From: Histomonas meleagridis 2922-C6/04-290x
Lineage: Eukaryota > Protista > Parabasalia
Assembly: GCA_020184695.1 (NCBI GenBank)
Contig: JAANOX010000033.1
Location: 310,001 to 374,000 of the forward strand
Direction: 5' to 3'
DNA length: 64,000 nucleotides
Shown: positions 51,913-62,315 of the stretch, piece after piece
How positions within the stretch are numbered: position 1 is the stretch's first letter
Layout of the letters: each line of letters opens with the position of its first letter
Program-made: the position numbers and the translations under genes
Notes under the pieces: generated by a model
What the model was told of the DNA's origin: nothing
Database searches by the model: none
What the model saw: only the letters and a program-made list of their open reading frames with translations

Positions 51913-53122
51913 TTAAATGTACAAAAAATAAAGAAAAATCATGTTGACAAATTTTAGATAAAATGGTTGAAGAAAATGAGTAGCACTTTTTGATCGATCA
52001 AAAGGTCTTAATAGAATTATATTCAAAAAGTGAAGCCGATGTCTTATTTCAATGGTTGATGTATCCTTCGATTCAATTGCTATTTGGCTGATGTTTTCCA
52101 CTTTGCATTTGTTCATTGTCAAGAGCGAATTTCCAGAAACAAAAGCACCTGTTGTTTCAATATCAGAAAGTGACTTGCTCACATTTAACAGATGATCTGA
52201 AATTATGCAGAAAGACATTTTCCAGATAAGATATCGCCATTTAAATTAATAACACTCTTTTTAATCGCATAAATAAGAGCGGAATATATCATATCAAGTA
52301 TCTCACATTGTGTGGAATTGATATTAAATTCATTTGAACCAAAAAATCCTGAAACACATTTGCTAATTTTACATTTCTCTATTCGGAGTCTTCCTTTTCC
52401 AGAACAATTTATGGCTGAACCGCTTTCATGGTTAGTTGTAGTTGTGTTGAGAATTGTGTTTGACAAAGAATCGGTTCAATTGCATCTCCGGCATAATTTT
52501 CAATCACCGATTTATCAACACTAAATGATGCTGAGTTCATCACAACAATGCCACTATCTCCGCAACCGGTAATTTTTGACTCTACAAAACGAACTTGAGA
52601 GAAATTTGTTGCAACAATTCCAATAGGGTGCAGAAATTGTGCATTTTTGGATTCTATTTTAATTGAGTTGTTCTTGTAGATGATTGGCATCATGTTGGAT
52701 GTAATTGTACACTCGTTAAAATAAAGACTTCTTTATGTATTGTTATTGCTGGCATAAATGAAGATATTATGTTACACTTTTCTACTATAATTGTGCCGCT
52801 TATAATATTAATTGGTGATGCACGTTGAGAGTTTCCTGTTTGAATTGTGATTTTCAAGAAAAACATTAGCACCATCAATATTAATTGGGTCTCCAGAGGG
52901 AAGAGCATTAATTATTGTTGAACCTTCTCCAACAAGATGAATATCTTTTTTAATTTCGAGGTTTTCATAATAATCTCCTGGTGGAAGAATTATAGTCGAT
53001 TTTGCAGGAGCTTTTTGGATTTCTTCTCCAATCGAATTTTGTTGTGTTGTTGTATGTGTTATTTTGTGCCAATTCTCTGGAGTTGCAGGTTTTGGAGGAA
53101 AACGGTTCATTAAATTTGTCAA
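51913..53122 (-). pseudogene. Right-handed parallel beta-helix protein broken by at least four frameshifts
   Basis: SIGEEIQKAPAKSTIILPPGDYYENLEIKKDIHLVGEG (beta-helix cap), continued in overlapping ORFs 52690-52908, 52409-52693, 52203-52466 and 51913-52218 with I..C.I....G.GI.V strand patterns. Confidence 0.75.
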
Positions 53123-53205
53123 TTAAATACTTTACAAATCAAATCTTAACGGTCTCCTAAAATTAGTTTTTCGAAAAACTAAATTTTACTAAATTTTTAA
53201 TATTT

Positions 53206-56061
53206 TTAATTTTCTGTATATGTCTTTTCGCTACTTTTAATTGATTCCATCATCGCATGCATTGCCTCTTCATCTTTTGAATTTTTCTTCTTTATGAAGA
53301 TTACAATTGCAATTGCACCTGCAATCACCATAACACCAATTACAATTCCAACGATTAACCATTTATTTGAATTATTTTCTTTCTTTTTTCCAATTACTTC
53401 AATTCCATCATCATTTTCGATAATTTCAACTTCGCCATTTTTAGTTGTTATCTTAATTGTGTTAAACATTTGTTTTTTCTCTGTTTCAATAATCATTAAT
53501 TTTGTGTTTTCACTTAATGTATCATTGATAAAAACATTTAAATCGACAATTGATTTATCTTTCGGATAACCGCTCATTTTGATTGGTTTATATGTATCGA
53601 TCTCATTAATTAGAATTTCGATTTTTGTTTTTCCATTATTTAATGAGTTTAAGGTTACGTTTTTATCACCATAATAATGGATTGTAGAAGTGCCGATACC
53701 ATTTATTATAATTGAACTATTTCCTATTAGTTCAATATCATTTATAATCATATTTTCAGGAATATTTATTACGCCACTTCCTTCGATTTGAATTTGTTCG
53801 GATGTAATTTGTCCAATTGTGAAATTATCAAAATCAAATCCAATGTTTACATATTGATTTGAATTTATAGTAAATTTTGGAATGTTAACATTTGGCATAA
53901 AATAACTTGCGACAAAAGTAATAAAACAATTTGAAGTAATTCCAAATGATACATTTTCAGAGTTAACAATAAATTTATGTTTACCTTCGAATTCGATTTC
54001 ACATGAATTCATGTTGCTAATGAATTCAACAATTGATTCATAAGTTTCATAATTTATTATTGTGATTTTTTTGGTAAGATTAAATGTATATAAGTTAATT
54101 CTCATATATCCCAAATTTATAAATCTTGAAATTGTTGGATCATATACAAAATCAATTTTATCAGTAACAATTGCATGTTTGTCATTATTGATATTAAGTG
54201 TATAATATGAATAATTAACAAATAATTCATAATATTTAAAATTGGATTTAAATGATTGATCAATTCTTTGATAAGTTGTCGCGTCAACAATTAAACTTTC
54301 TCCACTTTCTATGGGGAAAGTTCCATTGAATTGACTATTGCTTAATATTTCAAGTTTTTTAATGTTTACTTTGATATTATCAATTCGTTTTATGATGGAT
54401 TGAACTAATCCAAGTTTTTGTATTTGTTTTTGTTGGAAATTAATATTAGTACGATAATTATTACCAACAATTCTTATGTTTATTTGTGGATTTACATCTT
54501 TTATATTAAGGTCGAAATCATTTCCTTGTTGAATTATCGCAGTGTTTGTTTCTTCATTTATAAAATCAGTCCATTTTTCTAATGTCTCATTTGTTATTTT
54601 ATAATGACACAATCGTGAATTAGATTTGTAACAAATTATTGGAAATATTCGATATGGATTTCCTAATAACTTAAATCCAATCGAATTATTCATAATAATT
54701 TTTTGATATTTTATACGATGTATATTTATAATATTTTTCGTTTCATATGGTGATACATTATCACCAATAACAAACTCTAAATCAATGTCACCAGTAACAT
54801 TTCCATTAAAAACTTTCGTTTCATTTTCAACAAAATTATTAAAAATTGTTTCAGATGGAGATTGACTATCAACCCGAAGTTGTAATTGCTTAAATTCTAT
54901 TGAACTAACTGAATAATTTAATGGATCCCTAAAATCAAATGGAAGAATCAAATTCTCTAAAACAAATGGAATTTGTATATTAACTTTCGATTCACCCATA
55001 ATCCAATCATATTTAGAAAGAGAAACATTAACAGCATTGATTACATAATCAAAAGTTTCTATTGCACCAACACCTATAGTTATTGGTCGAACCGAATGAA
55101 TAAATGAATCATTATATGCATAAATTTGATCTAAACTTTTTTGATCAGTATCAGAATCAATCAAAATTGTTCCATTAATAAGTAAGAAATTAAGCAAACT
55201 ATTTCTTAATATTAATTTTGATGAATTTTGTAATACAATTTTTTGATGAAATATTTCTGCATTTTCAATAATTAATGTGCCATAATTATATGATTTTCCA
55301 TTATCTAATTCACATGTATATCCCCTGAAATGCACTGTTACGTTTTCTGATATTGTACAATAAAGATTTACAAAACTTACAGGACCTTCTTCTATACCAA
55401 AAATTGATACATCTTTGGTAAAAATGGTAGAAACCCCAATTGTATTTATACGTTTATTTGCATGAATTGAAATTGTTCCTCTGTTCTCATAAATGATCAT
55501 CATCTCAAATACATATCGATATATAATTTGTGGAACATCAATGTTAATTTTGACCCTTCCACCTATTAATGTAATGTTACGAACACCATTAAATTGAAAA
55601 CCATCATCAATTATTGTTAATGTAAAAACATTAACTTTGGATGTATATGAAAGGGTATAGAAATCAAGAGTAAGAGATGATGAAGAATGAATAAAAAGTT
55701 GATCTGGAATAAAAGAAACATGAGAAAATGTAACTCTGGTAAATGTTGCATTTGTTGTTTTAGCACCAAAATTAATGGCAACATTTGAAAAATCTGTATT
55801 ACTAAACCCTGTTTGGTTCGTGAAAATAGTAAAATGATTTTCATTAAAATCAGAACTAATATTTAGAAATTTTAGAAAGCTTGTATCATCTAAAAAGAAT
55901 CCATCATCCAGGAGAACAATGTTTGCTTTTGTAATGTTTTTTAAACGAATCTCATCCATTGTTGTGATTTCATCATACCCCGGTGAGCACTCTCTTTTTG
56001 ACTTGCCTTTGAAGCAGAAATCTTCGGAGTAAGCCAAATAAACCCAAAAAATCACAATCAT
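53206..56061 (-). CDS. Type I membrane surface protein of unknown function
   Basis: 951 aa. Signal peptide, FCFKG....C motif, Ile/Asn-rich beta-like ectodomain, TM WLIVGIVIGVMVIAGAIAIVIFI, KKK stop-transfer, short tail. Confidence 0.8.
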   Translation of the reverse strand: MIVIFWVYLAYSEDFCFKGKSKRECSPGYDEITTMDEIRLKNITKANIVLLDDGFFLDDTSFLKFLNISSDFNENHFTIFTNQTGFSNTDFSNVAINFGAKTTNATFTRVTFSHVSFIPDQLFIHSSSSLTLDFYTLSYTSKVNVFTLTIIDDGFQFNGVRNITLIGGRVKINIDVPQIIYRYVFEMMIIYENRGTISIHANKRINTIGVSTIFTKDVSIFGIEEGPVSFVNLYCTISENVTVHFRGYTCELDNGKSYNYGTLIIENAEIFHQKIVLQNSSKLILRNSLLNFLLINGTILIDSDTDQKSLDQIYAYNDSFIHSVRPITIGVGAIETFDYVINAVNVSLSKYDWIMGESKVNIQIPFVLENLILPFDFRDPLNYSVSSIEFKQLQLRVDSQSPSETIFNNFVENETKVFNGNVTGDIDLEFVIGDNVSPYETKNIINIHRIKYQKIIMNNSIGFKLLGNPYRIFPIICYKSNSRLCHYKITNETLEKWTDFINEETNTAIIQQGNDFDLNIKDVNPQINIRIVGNNYRTNINFQQKQIQKLGLVQSIIKRIDNIKVNIKKLEILSNSQFNGTFPIESGESLIVDATTYQRIDQSFKSNFKYYELFVNYSYYTLNINNDKHAIVTDKIDFVYDPTISRFINLGYMRINLYTFNLTKKITIINYETYESIVEFISNMNSCEIEFEGKHKFIVNSENVSFGITSNCFITFVASYFMPNVNIPKFTINSNQYVNIGFDFDNFTIGQITSEQIQIEGSGVINIPENMIINDIELIGNSSIIINGIGTSTIHYYGDKNVTLNSLNNGKTKIEILINEIDTYKPIKMSGYPKDKSIVDLNVFINDTLSENTKLMIIETEKKQMFNTIKITTKNGEVEIIENDDGIEVIGKKKENNSNKWLIVGIVIGVMVIAGAIAIVIFIKKKNSKDEEAMHAMMESIKSSEKTYTEN

Positions 56062-56463
56062 TTAAATTTAAATTGTATAGTTTATTTGAAATTTGCAGGC
56101 CTGCAAATTCAAAACATGTTTTCGATTCGTCATACAAATATGTTGTTTTAAAACTACTCTTAAAGTGTAAGCAAAGCATTCCACGAATTTTTATATAACT
56201 TAAGGATATTAATGAAAGTATGATCCAAACACTATGTTATAACATGAATTTGGTTGAATTTATTGGTCTGTTTTTTAGATATTTTTAAATTTAGATTGTA
56301 ATTGTTGGTGTTATGATAATAAAATATTTATATTTCTATACAAAAAAAAAATGCTTACGAATTTATTGAAGTTACCTATCGGAACGGTTGCCATCGTAAT
56401 CACAAAAAGTGAAGCATGTCAACAACTTACAAAAATTTTGATTGGTTTATCAATTTTTTCTAA

Positions 56464-57276
56464 ATGAGGAATATAACATACGAAATTTTCCACAAAGATA
56501 AAATGAAAAGAGTACACAAGCCGTTGTACTGTTCTCAAACCAGGTTTATGCTAGGTTTAATATCTCTTGAAAAAATTATTTTTGATTTGAGTGAAGATAA
56601 CATTTGTGAATCGGTAATAGCAACCATAGAAATATTAAATAACAATAATACAATACCATATTATTCAAACTTGATTCTCAGTCGTTTGTTAATTCATCAA
56701 TTCTATCACAAATGAAAGATTTTGACATATATCTTAATTTCATGAAGCAAATAGAAATTAAAGAAAAAGAATTTGATAAAAGTAATTATAAATTGATTAA
56801 TAGATTTGGTGATTTTATTATTAATATAAATTCGCAAGAATCATATTTTATATTAGATAAAATGATTGAAATGAATTTAGTTTCATCAAAATCAGTTAAA
56901 GATAAAGTTACATCGTTTTCCAAGTAATTTCACTTACATTTGTAAATATTATAAAGAGACAAATTTCAACTGCAAAGATCCTGTTCTAATAACGAAAGCT
57001 TTTTTGGATAATTATTCTGAACTTTCAAAGAACAATTGGGAACTACATAAGAAGTTAATTAAAGAAGGAGTTAATTTACTCCTTGAACAAGAAGGAATTG
57101 ATATTAATGCTAAAAGTACTTATTTGTTTTATTTAATATTTATTTTAATAATTTGAAATTTTCAAAGCAATATTTGGAAATTATTTAAATTATTTAATAC
57201 AGCACTTATGGAAGCATTTGAAAACGGTAATATAGAAATAATGAAATTACTGTTTGAAAAACGGGTGCGGAATTGA
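56464..57276 (+). pseudogene. Degenerate ankyrin-repeat gene with one interrupted repeat
   Basis: Broken ORFs 56464-56715 and 56712-56927, then ...NWELHKKLIKEGVNLLLEQEGIDINAKS // NTALMEAFENGNIEIMKLLFEKRVRN*. Confidence 0.7.
57118..57195 (+). other. 78-nt insert in ankyrin repeat, copy 4
   Basis: Lies between AGT (57115-57117) and AAT-ACA-GCA-CTT (57196-57207). Highly similar to copy 3; in-frame TGA at 57154-57156. Confidence 0.8.
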
Positions 57277-57461
57277 TTAACTATTTGAAGAAATAATAAT
57301 ATCATTAAAATCAACAAATGGACAAAAATATCATTAAAAACTTCTATGAATTATTTTACATAATTACGAATCAACTGATTTTGTGTAGAAATTTTTGCGC
57401 AAAAAAAAATTCCAAAAAATAATAAAAAGATTATTATTTATGTTTTACATCCAAATTAGTT

Positions 57462-60400
57462 TTAATACTCCGACATCTGCTGGAAGTTGAAACTTTTCAC
57501 CACTCCCATGAAATTTCTAATTTGTTCCATTCTTGTTGATATTGCTGTTGCTTGATTTAATTTTCCTATTTCATCAGCCACATTCATTGCTTGTATCACA
57601 TTATTCCATAAGTTATAAGCAGCTTGTATTACTTCTTCTGGGATTCCTTCGTCATCAATTTCTTCTCTTTTCCCAATTATACCAGCCAACTTATAATATT
57701 CTTTCTTTGGGTTTGTTATCTTCGTGACAAGTTCCAAAAATGGCTCAGCAGTAATTCCAATTCCTGATTTTAAGTATTGATCCTTTAATTTTTGGGGTGG
57801 TGCAAGTGAGCGAACGTTATCGATTTCAATTCTTAACTTTTCATTGAACGATTCAAATTTTTCAATGAAGTATTCTTTTTTCGTGAACTTTTTGATGGTC
57901 TGCTTTGAAATTTTTGAATGTCCGCAAATCGATGGAAGTGTATCGTTCGTCACATATATATACCTAGTTACATAAGATGAATTCCAATCATTATTTCCTG
58001 TTAAGAAATCGTAATGAAAAGTTTTTACGTTCATATGAATTAATTCGTTTTCATCAGCTCTAACGAGAATTGGTTTTCCTGAGTTTGGATTTTCTTCTTT
58101 TGAAAACATTTCATTGTTTTCTGATTTTATCATCATAATTACTTCATCTTTATCGAGTTTATATTTCTTAAATAGTACTTTAGACTTAGGGACATCACTA
58201 TATTGGCTATAAAGGCCGGAAACAGTAGCGCATAGTGATTGAAGTGCATTATAATCCTTTTTCCCATTAAAGAAGTCAATGATATATCTACTACAGTTAT
58301 GTATGATCCAGAAGAAACCACATTTCTGGCATAACTCGAGAGATTTTAATAAACAATTTGCTAAGAATTCATCATCGTATAATAAACTTGGTGAAATAAG
58401 TTGTGGTAATTCTTTATATTTCGAAACATCGAATTTTTCTTCTTCGATATATGGAAGTTTTTGTGAAAGTAAAACAGAACAAAGTTTCCATTCAGTTATA
58501 AATGCTGAAAAATCATCGCCGGAACTTATATATGAATCACTAAGTTGTTTATATAAAGAAGCTTTAACTACAGCATTATTATTATATTTGTTTGAGAGTA
58601 TAATTTTGGAAAATGGTTCCGATTTCATTCGTTTGTATATGTCAATTGCAGCTTTAGGGAACTTATTAACTCTTTCGAAGTTTGGTATCATTTGAGGCGT
58701 ATAATAATGACATATTACCATTTGAAGACATATCTCTGATCGTGAAGTATTTTTACATACGGATTTCTCTTTCATTAAAAGCCATTCTATAAATCCGAGT
58801 GTTAATTCACGTGCTGAACCAAGTTTTCTTTGAGTTAATGGAAACACATTGATGTATATCAATGGAAGGATCTTTGATTTAAACACTAAATTATCAAATT
58901 TAGATATGAAAAATGCAATTGTTTGATATATTAATGGATATGATGATTGATCTTGTTTAGTAGATGTAAGCATTTGGAATAATACTTGTAAAACAGATTT
59001 AAGTTCGATTTCACTTAAATCTTTAATCGAAATAAAGAAATGTAAAAATCGAATAACTCTTCGCGTAATTTCTGGTGATGAATCAAATTGTACATTTGTT
59101 TGCATGACTAAAAAGTCTAAAAATCGTAATTGATTATCATCTGATAATAATTGATAATAAAAACTGAACATTTTAATATCGCAATTCTTTAAGATGAATA
59201 ATATGAATATTCGAAGTGATTTTTTATCTTTTAATGAATCATAAAATGTAAATATGATTGATAATAATGGGAATAATTTAGATGAACAAAGTTTTGCTGT
59301 ATAAATATCAGAATATAAATCAAGTGTAGTAGCCATTGAATAAATTGCATTTATAGCAAATGTTTCTTGTGAATTTAAAAATGATTCATTAACTGCTTTA
59401 AAGAATAATGATAAAATTGGTATATAAACAGATTCATTTGGTTTTATTTGGATATCTTTTAATAAAATTGATTGAAGAAATCCAACATCATAAAAAAGAA
59501 TTTGTAATACATATAATTTATCATCATTTGATAATTTAGATAAATATGAATAAGTTAAACTATGTACAACTTTTGTTCCTAAAAACATTCTTAATCGTAT
59601 TAATAATTGTGAAGCAGCATCTTTAATTTCATTACTTTTTGATTTAGAAAATGCTTCAAACAATTTAAGAAGTAAATCTAAATTAGAAATGTTTTCAACG
59701 CAAATTGATTTAAATAATAATAATGAAATAGAAGATGCACATTTTTCAATTTGTGAAATGTTATTCGATATTTGTGTTATTAATAATTGCGTTGATCCTT
59801 CAATTGGACTAAAATAATGTTCAATATATTCAGTAATATCATTTTCACTAAGTATTTTAACTAATCGTTGTATATTAATATTTTTATTTGATATTGTTTG
59901 TTGGAATAAATAAGGCGCAAATATTGATATAATTTTGTTGTTTGGAATTGGCTCTGATTGATTAAGTAATGTCTTCTTGATTTGGTTTGGTGGGAATAAT
60001 ATATACGGGAAAATTGTTGTTATCTCTAAATTACCTTTTGTGACTTTAATATGATGCTTTTGAATCGGTTCTGTAATAGTTATATAACCTTTAGAATCAA
60101 CAACTGGTTTCTTCTTGGTACTGACTTTATATATTTTGAAATATAATGATAATGATTCGGGATCTTCTCCATTAAGACAAAATTGGAATATATCTGGAAA
60201 AACAAGTTTACGTGCTGATGGTACAACTTTCGATGATTTTAATGATTTCTTTAATGCGTTTTTGGTAGGTTTCATTCCAAGTGAAAGTTTTTCTTTCTTT
60301 TGATCATTCTTCTTAATGATCTTAAACTTAATGAAATATGATGACGAGAATTTCTTCTTGGTAACAGTATATGAAATGTTGATGTTAAAGATACTTAAAA

Positions 60401-61277
60401 TTGGTGATGGAAGCAACGCAGAATATGATGTTGTACGTATGATTTGTGATCCTTCTTCAGGATCTTGTAACAATGCAACCTTAAAAATAAGACCAAGTTT
60501 GGACGTTGGTGCCGTTGTAAATAAATCTTCAATAGTTTGTTCGGGTGTAAACTTATACCAATTCAATGCAAGTGTTTGATCAATTTCAGATGCTAAAATT
60601 CGTTCGTGGCCAATCATATGCGGTGTAAGACCATCTTTTTTGTTGTATAGTATGCAAATAAGACGCGAATTTTGTGCATCTCTGATGAAAGGTACACATA
60701 CATTTTTTGAAATTTCGCCATTGAATGTTGTAACTTTTGGTGGATTTGATGTGAAATCATATCTGATGATTTCAGTGAATGGATAACCTTCTTGGAATAC
60801 TAAAACATCCATGATTTGATTCGATAATTCTTCTGGTTTGAAATCAATGGATTTAATCTGAAGATACCAAAGGTGGTATGGAGGCGGCATGAATTTGACC
60901 TCGAGATTTGAGAGATTCCTTCTTTCTTGAAGAGTAATAATAGGACATACTTTTGCAGGAATCTCAATTTTATTTGTACTAAGCTCCTTTTGAACTACCT
61001 TTGGATTAATCTTAATGTCAGAGGTTTCTTCAAATGTTTGTAGATCATCTTCACATTTTGTTGTTTTTTCAGTACTATAAGCAGGCTTAAGTAATTTTGG
61101 TAAATTAATTGATGTTTCCATGGAATTTGAATAAAAATTTATCCACGGGAAGTTATTAATTTGATTTTTTGGAACTGAGTTTAAATGATATCTTGATGGT
61201 GCAAAATCAAGTGAAACACGTATTATATCCATTAAAGACATTTGTGTATGCGCTTGCTTTTGGTTGTTTTCCTTCAT
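57462..61277 (-). CDS. Divergent DOCK-family (DHR2) Rho GEF-like protein
   Basis: C-terminal region LYKQLSDSYISSGDDFSAF, KSLELCQK...KDYNALQSL, TFHYDF...YVTRYIYVTNDTLPSI...KKEYFIEKF parallels DHR2 lobes; upstream C2-like and armadillo-like regions. Confidence 0.6.
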   Translation of the reverse strand: MKENNQKQAHTQMSLMDIIRVSLDFAPSRYHLNSVPKNQINNFPWINFYSNSMETSINLPKLLKPAYSTEKTTKCEDDLQTFEETSDIKINPKVVQKELSTNKIEIPAKVCPIITLQERRNLSNLEVKFMPPPYHLWYLQIKSIDFKPEELSNQIMDVLVFQEGYPFTEIIRYDFTSNPPKVTTFNGEISKNVCVPFIRDAQNSRLICILYNKKDGLTPHMIGHERILASEIDQTLALNWYKFTPEQTIEDLFTTAPTSKLGLIFKVALLQDPEEGSQIIRTTSYSALLPSPILSIFNINISYTVTKKKFSSSYFIKFKIIKKNDQKKEKLSLGMKPTKNALKKSLKSSKVVPSARKLVFPDIFQFCLNGEDPESLSLYFKIYKVSTKKKPVVDSKGYITITEPIQKHHIKVTKGNLEITTIFPYILFPPNQIKKTLLNQSEPIPNNKIISIFAPYLFQQTISNKNINIQRLVKILSENDITEYIEHYFSPIEGSTQLLITQISNNISQIEKCASSISLLLFKSICVENISNLDLLLKLFEAFSKSKSNEIKDAASQLLIRLRMFLGTKVVHSLTYSYLSKLSNDDKLYVLQILFYDVGFLQSILLKDIQIKPNESVYIPILSLFFKAVNESFLNSQETFAINAIYSMATTLDLYSDIYTAKLCSSKLFPLLSIIFTFYDSLKDKKSLRIFILFILKNCDIKMFSFYYQLLSDDNQLRFLDFLVMQTNVQFDSSPEITRRVIRFLHFFISIKDLSEIELKSVLQVLFQMLTSTKQDQSSYPLIYQTIAFFISKFDNLVFKSKILPLIYINVFPLTQRKLGSARELTLGFIEWLLMKEKSVCKNTSRSEICLQMVICHYYTPQMIPNFERVNKFPKAAIDIYKRMKSEPFSKIILSNKYNNNAVVKASLYKQLSDSYISSGDDFSAFITEWKLCSVLLSQKLPYIEEEKFDVSKYKELPQLISPSLLYDDEFLANCLLKSLELCQKCGFFWIIHNCSRYIIDFFNGKKDYNALQSLCATVSGLYSQYSDVPKSKVLFKKYKLDKDEVIMMIKSENNEMFSKEENPNSGKPILVRADENELIHMNVKTFHYDFLTGNNDWNSSYVTRYIYVTNDTLPSICGHSKISKQTIKKFTKKEYFIEKFESFNEKLRIEIDNVRSLAPPQKLKDQYLKSGIGITAEPFLELVTKITNPKKEYYKLAGIIGKREEIDDEGIPEEVIQAAYNLWNNVIQAMNVADEIGKLNQATAISTRMEQIRNFMGVVKSFNFQQMSEY

Positions 61278-61680
61278 TTGATTAATGGTGATCTGCTTCT
61301 ACCGTCCCCAATTCAAAAGTCATCTGAAAATTCAATACTGACACAAAATATCAGATGAGCGGATTTTGCAAAAGTAAAACACAAAAATCAAATAATCGTT
61401 TATGCGTATCATTCTACAAATGAGTGTAAACACTGACGTAAGATCCATTAATTTTGGAAAAATGAAATTTCCAAGAAATTTATCGATCGATATGTCAAAA
61501 AAAAATTTATTACACCTTTTATAACACTGTGTTTTAAAGTTAACCAGAGTGATAATGTCACCATAAGCACAGGAGGGGAAAATACTTTCGAGATGTGAAA
61601 AAGAATTATCTTAAGAAACCAAATTTTGCTTTGAATACATTACATAAACCGAAAACTTGAAATGTCTTTTAACAAAAATT

Positions 61681-62163
61681 ATGCTTTTTCTTCTGAATGT
61701 GCTTTGCTTTTCTGAAACATATCCACTCTTAATGGGTATGCCAAAAGAAACAATTGTTTCTACACCATCTTACTTAGATGTTTCAGAAAATCTTCCAAAA
61801 AATCTTTGTATCTTTATTATTGACAAATTTGAATACCCACAAATAACTTCAATTTCACAATTATTTAATTGGGGAGATGCGCTATTTATTTGTCAAAAGT
61901 TCGGGAAAGTTGTTCAATTTCCAGCTGTCGATACAAATATTTTCGATATCGTAAGTAAAATGAAAGCACAGTATTCACCAAACATTATGAACATCGATAC
62001 TGGAAACCAATGTCCGTGCAAAATACAAAGCTTTAAAGGAGGACTAGTAATTGTAAGAATTCCTGATAATGAGCCAAATACCTTAGATGAAATTCTTCCG
62101 TATCTCCCAGAGGAAACTGGTGTTGCATTCATTGCATCGACTGACACGCACTTTCGTTATTAA
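61681..62163 (+). CDS. Small secreted/lumenal protein of unknown function
   Basis: ATG 61681 gives MLFLLNVLCFS (signal peptide); 160 aa; coding-like composition. Confidence 0.55.
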   Translation: MLFLLNVLCFSETYPLLMGMPKETIVSTPSYLDVSENLPKNLCIFIIDKFEYPQITSISQLFNWGDALFICQKFGKVVQFPAVDTNIFDIVSKMKAQYSPNIMNIDTGNQCPCKIQSFKGGLVIVRIPDNEPNTLDEILPYLPEETGVAFIASTDTHFRY

Positions 62164-62315
62164 TGTATAAATAAATTTACTTTTTTAAATTATACAAATA
62201 ATATATAAACTTGAATAATCTGAACCCAGTTGTGAACAGTTTATACTTGTTCTTGAATATAATAATGAAGGAAATAACAAATGACTTTTGTCATTTTTAG
62301 CATTTGATGACATTA

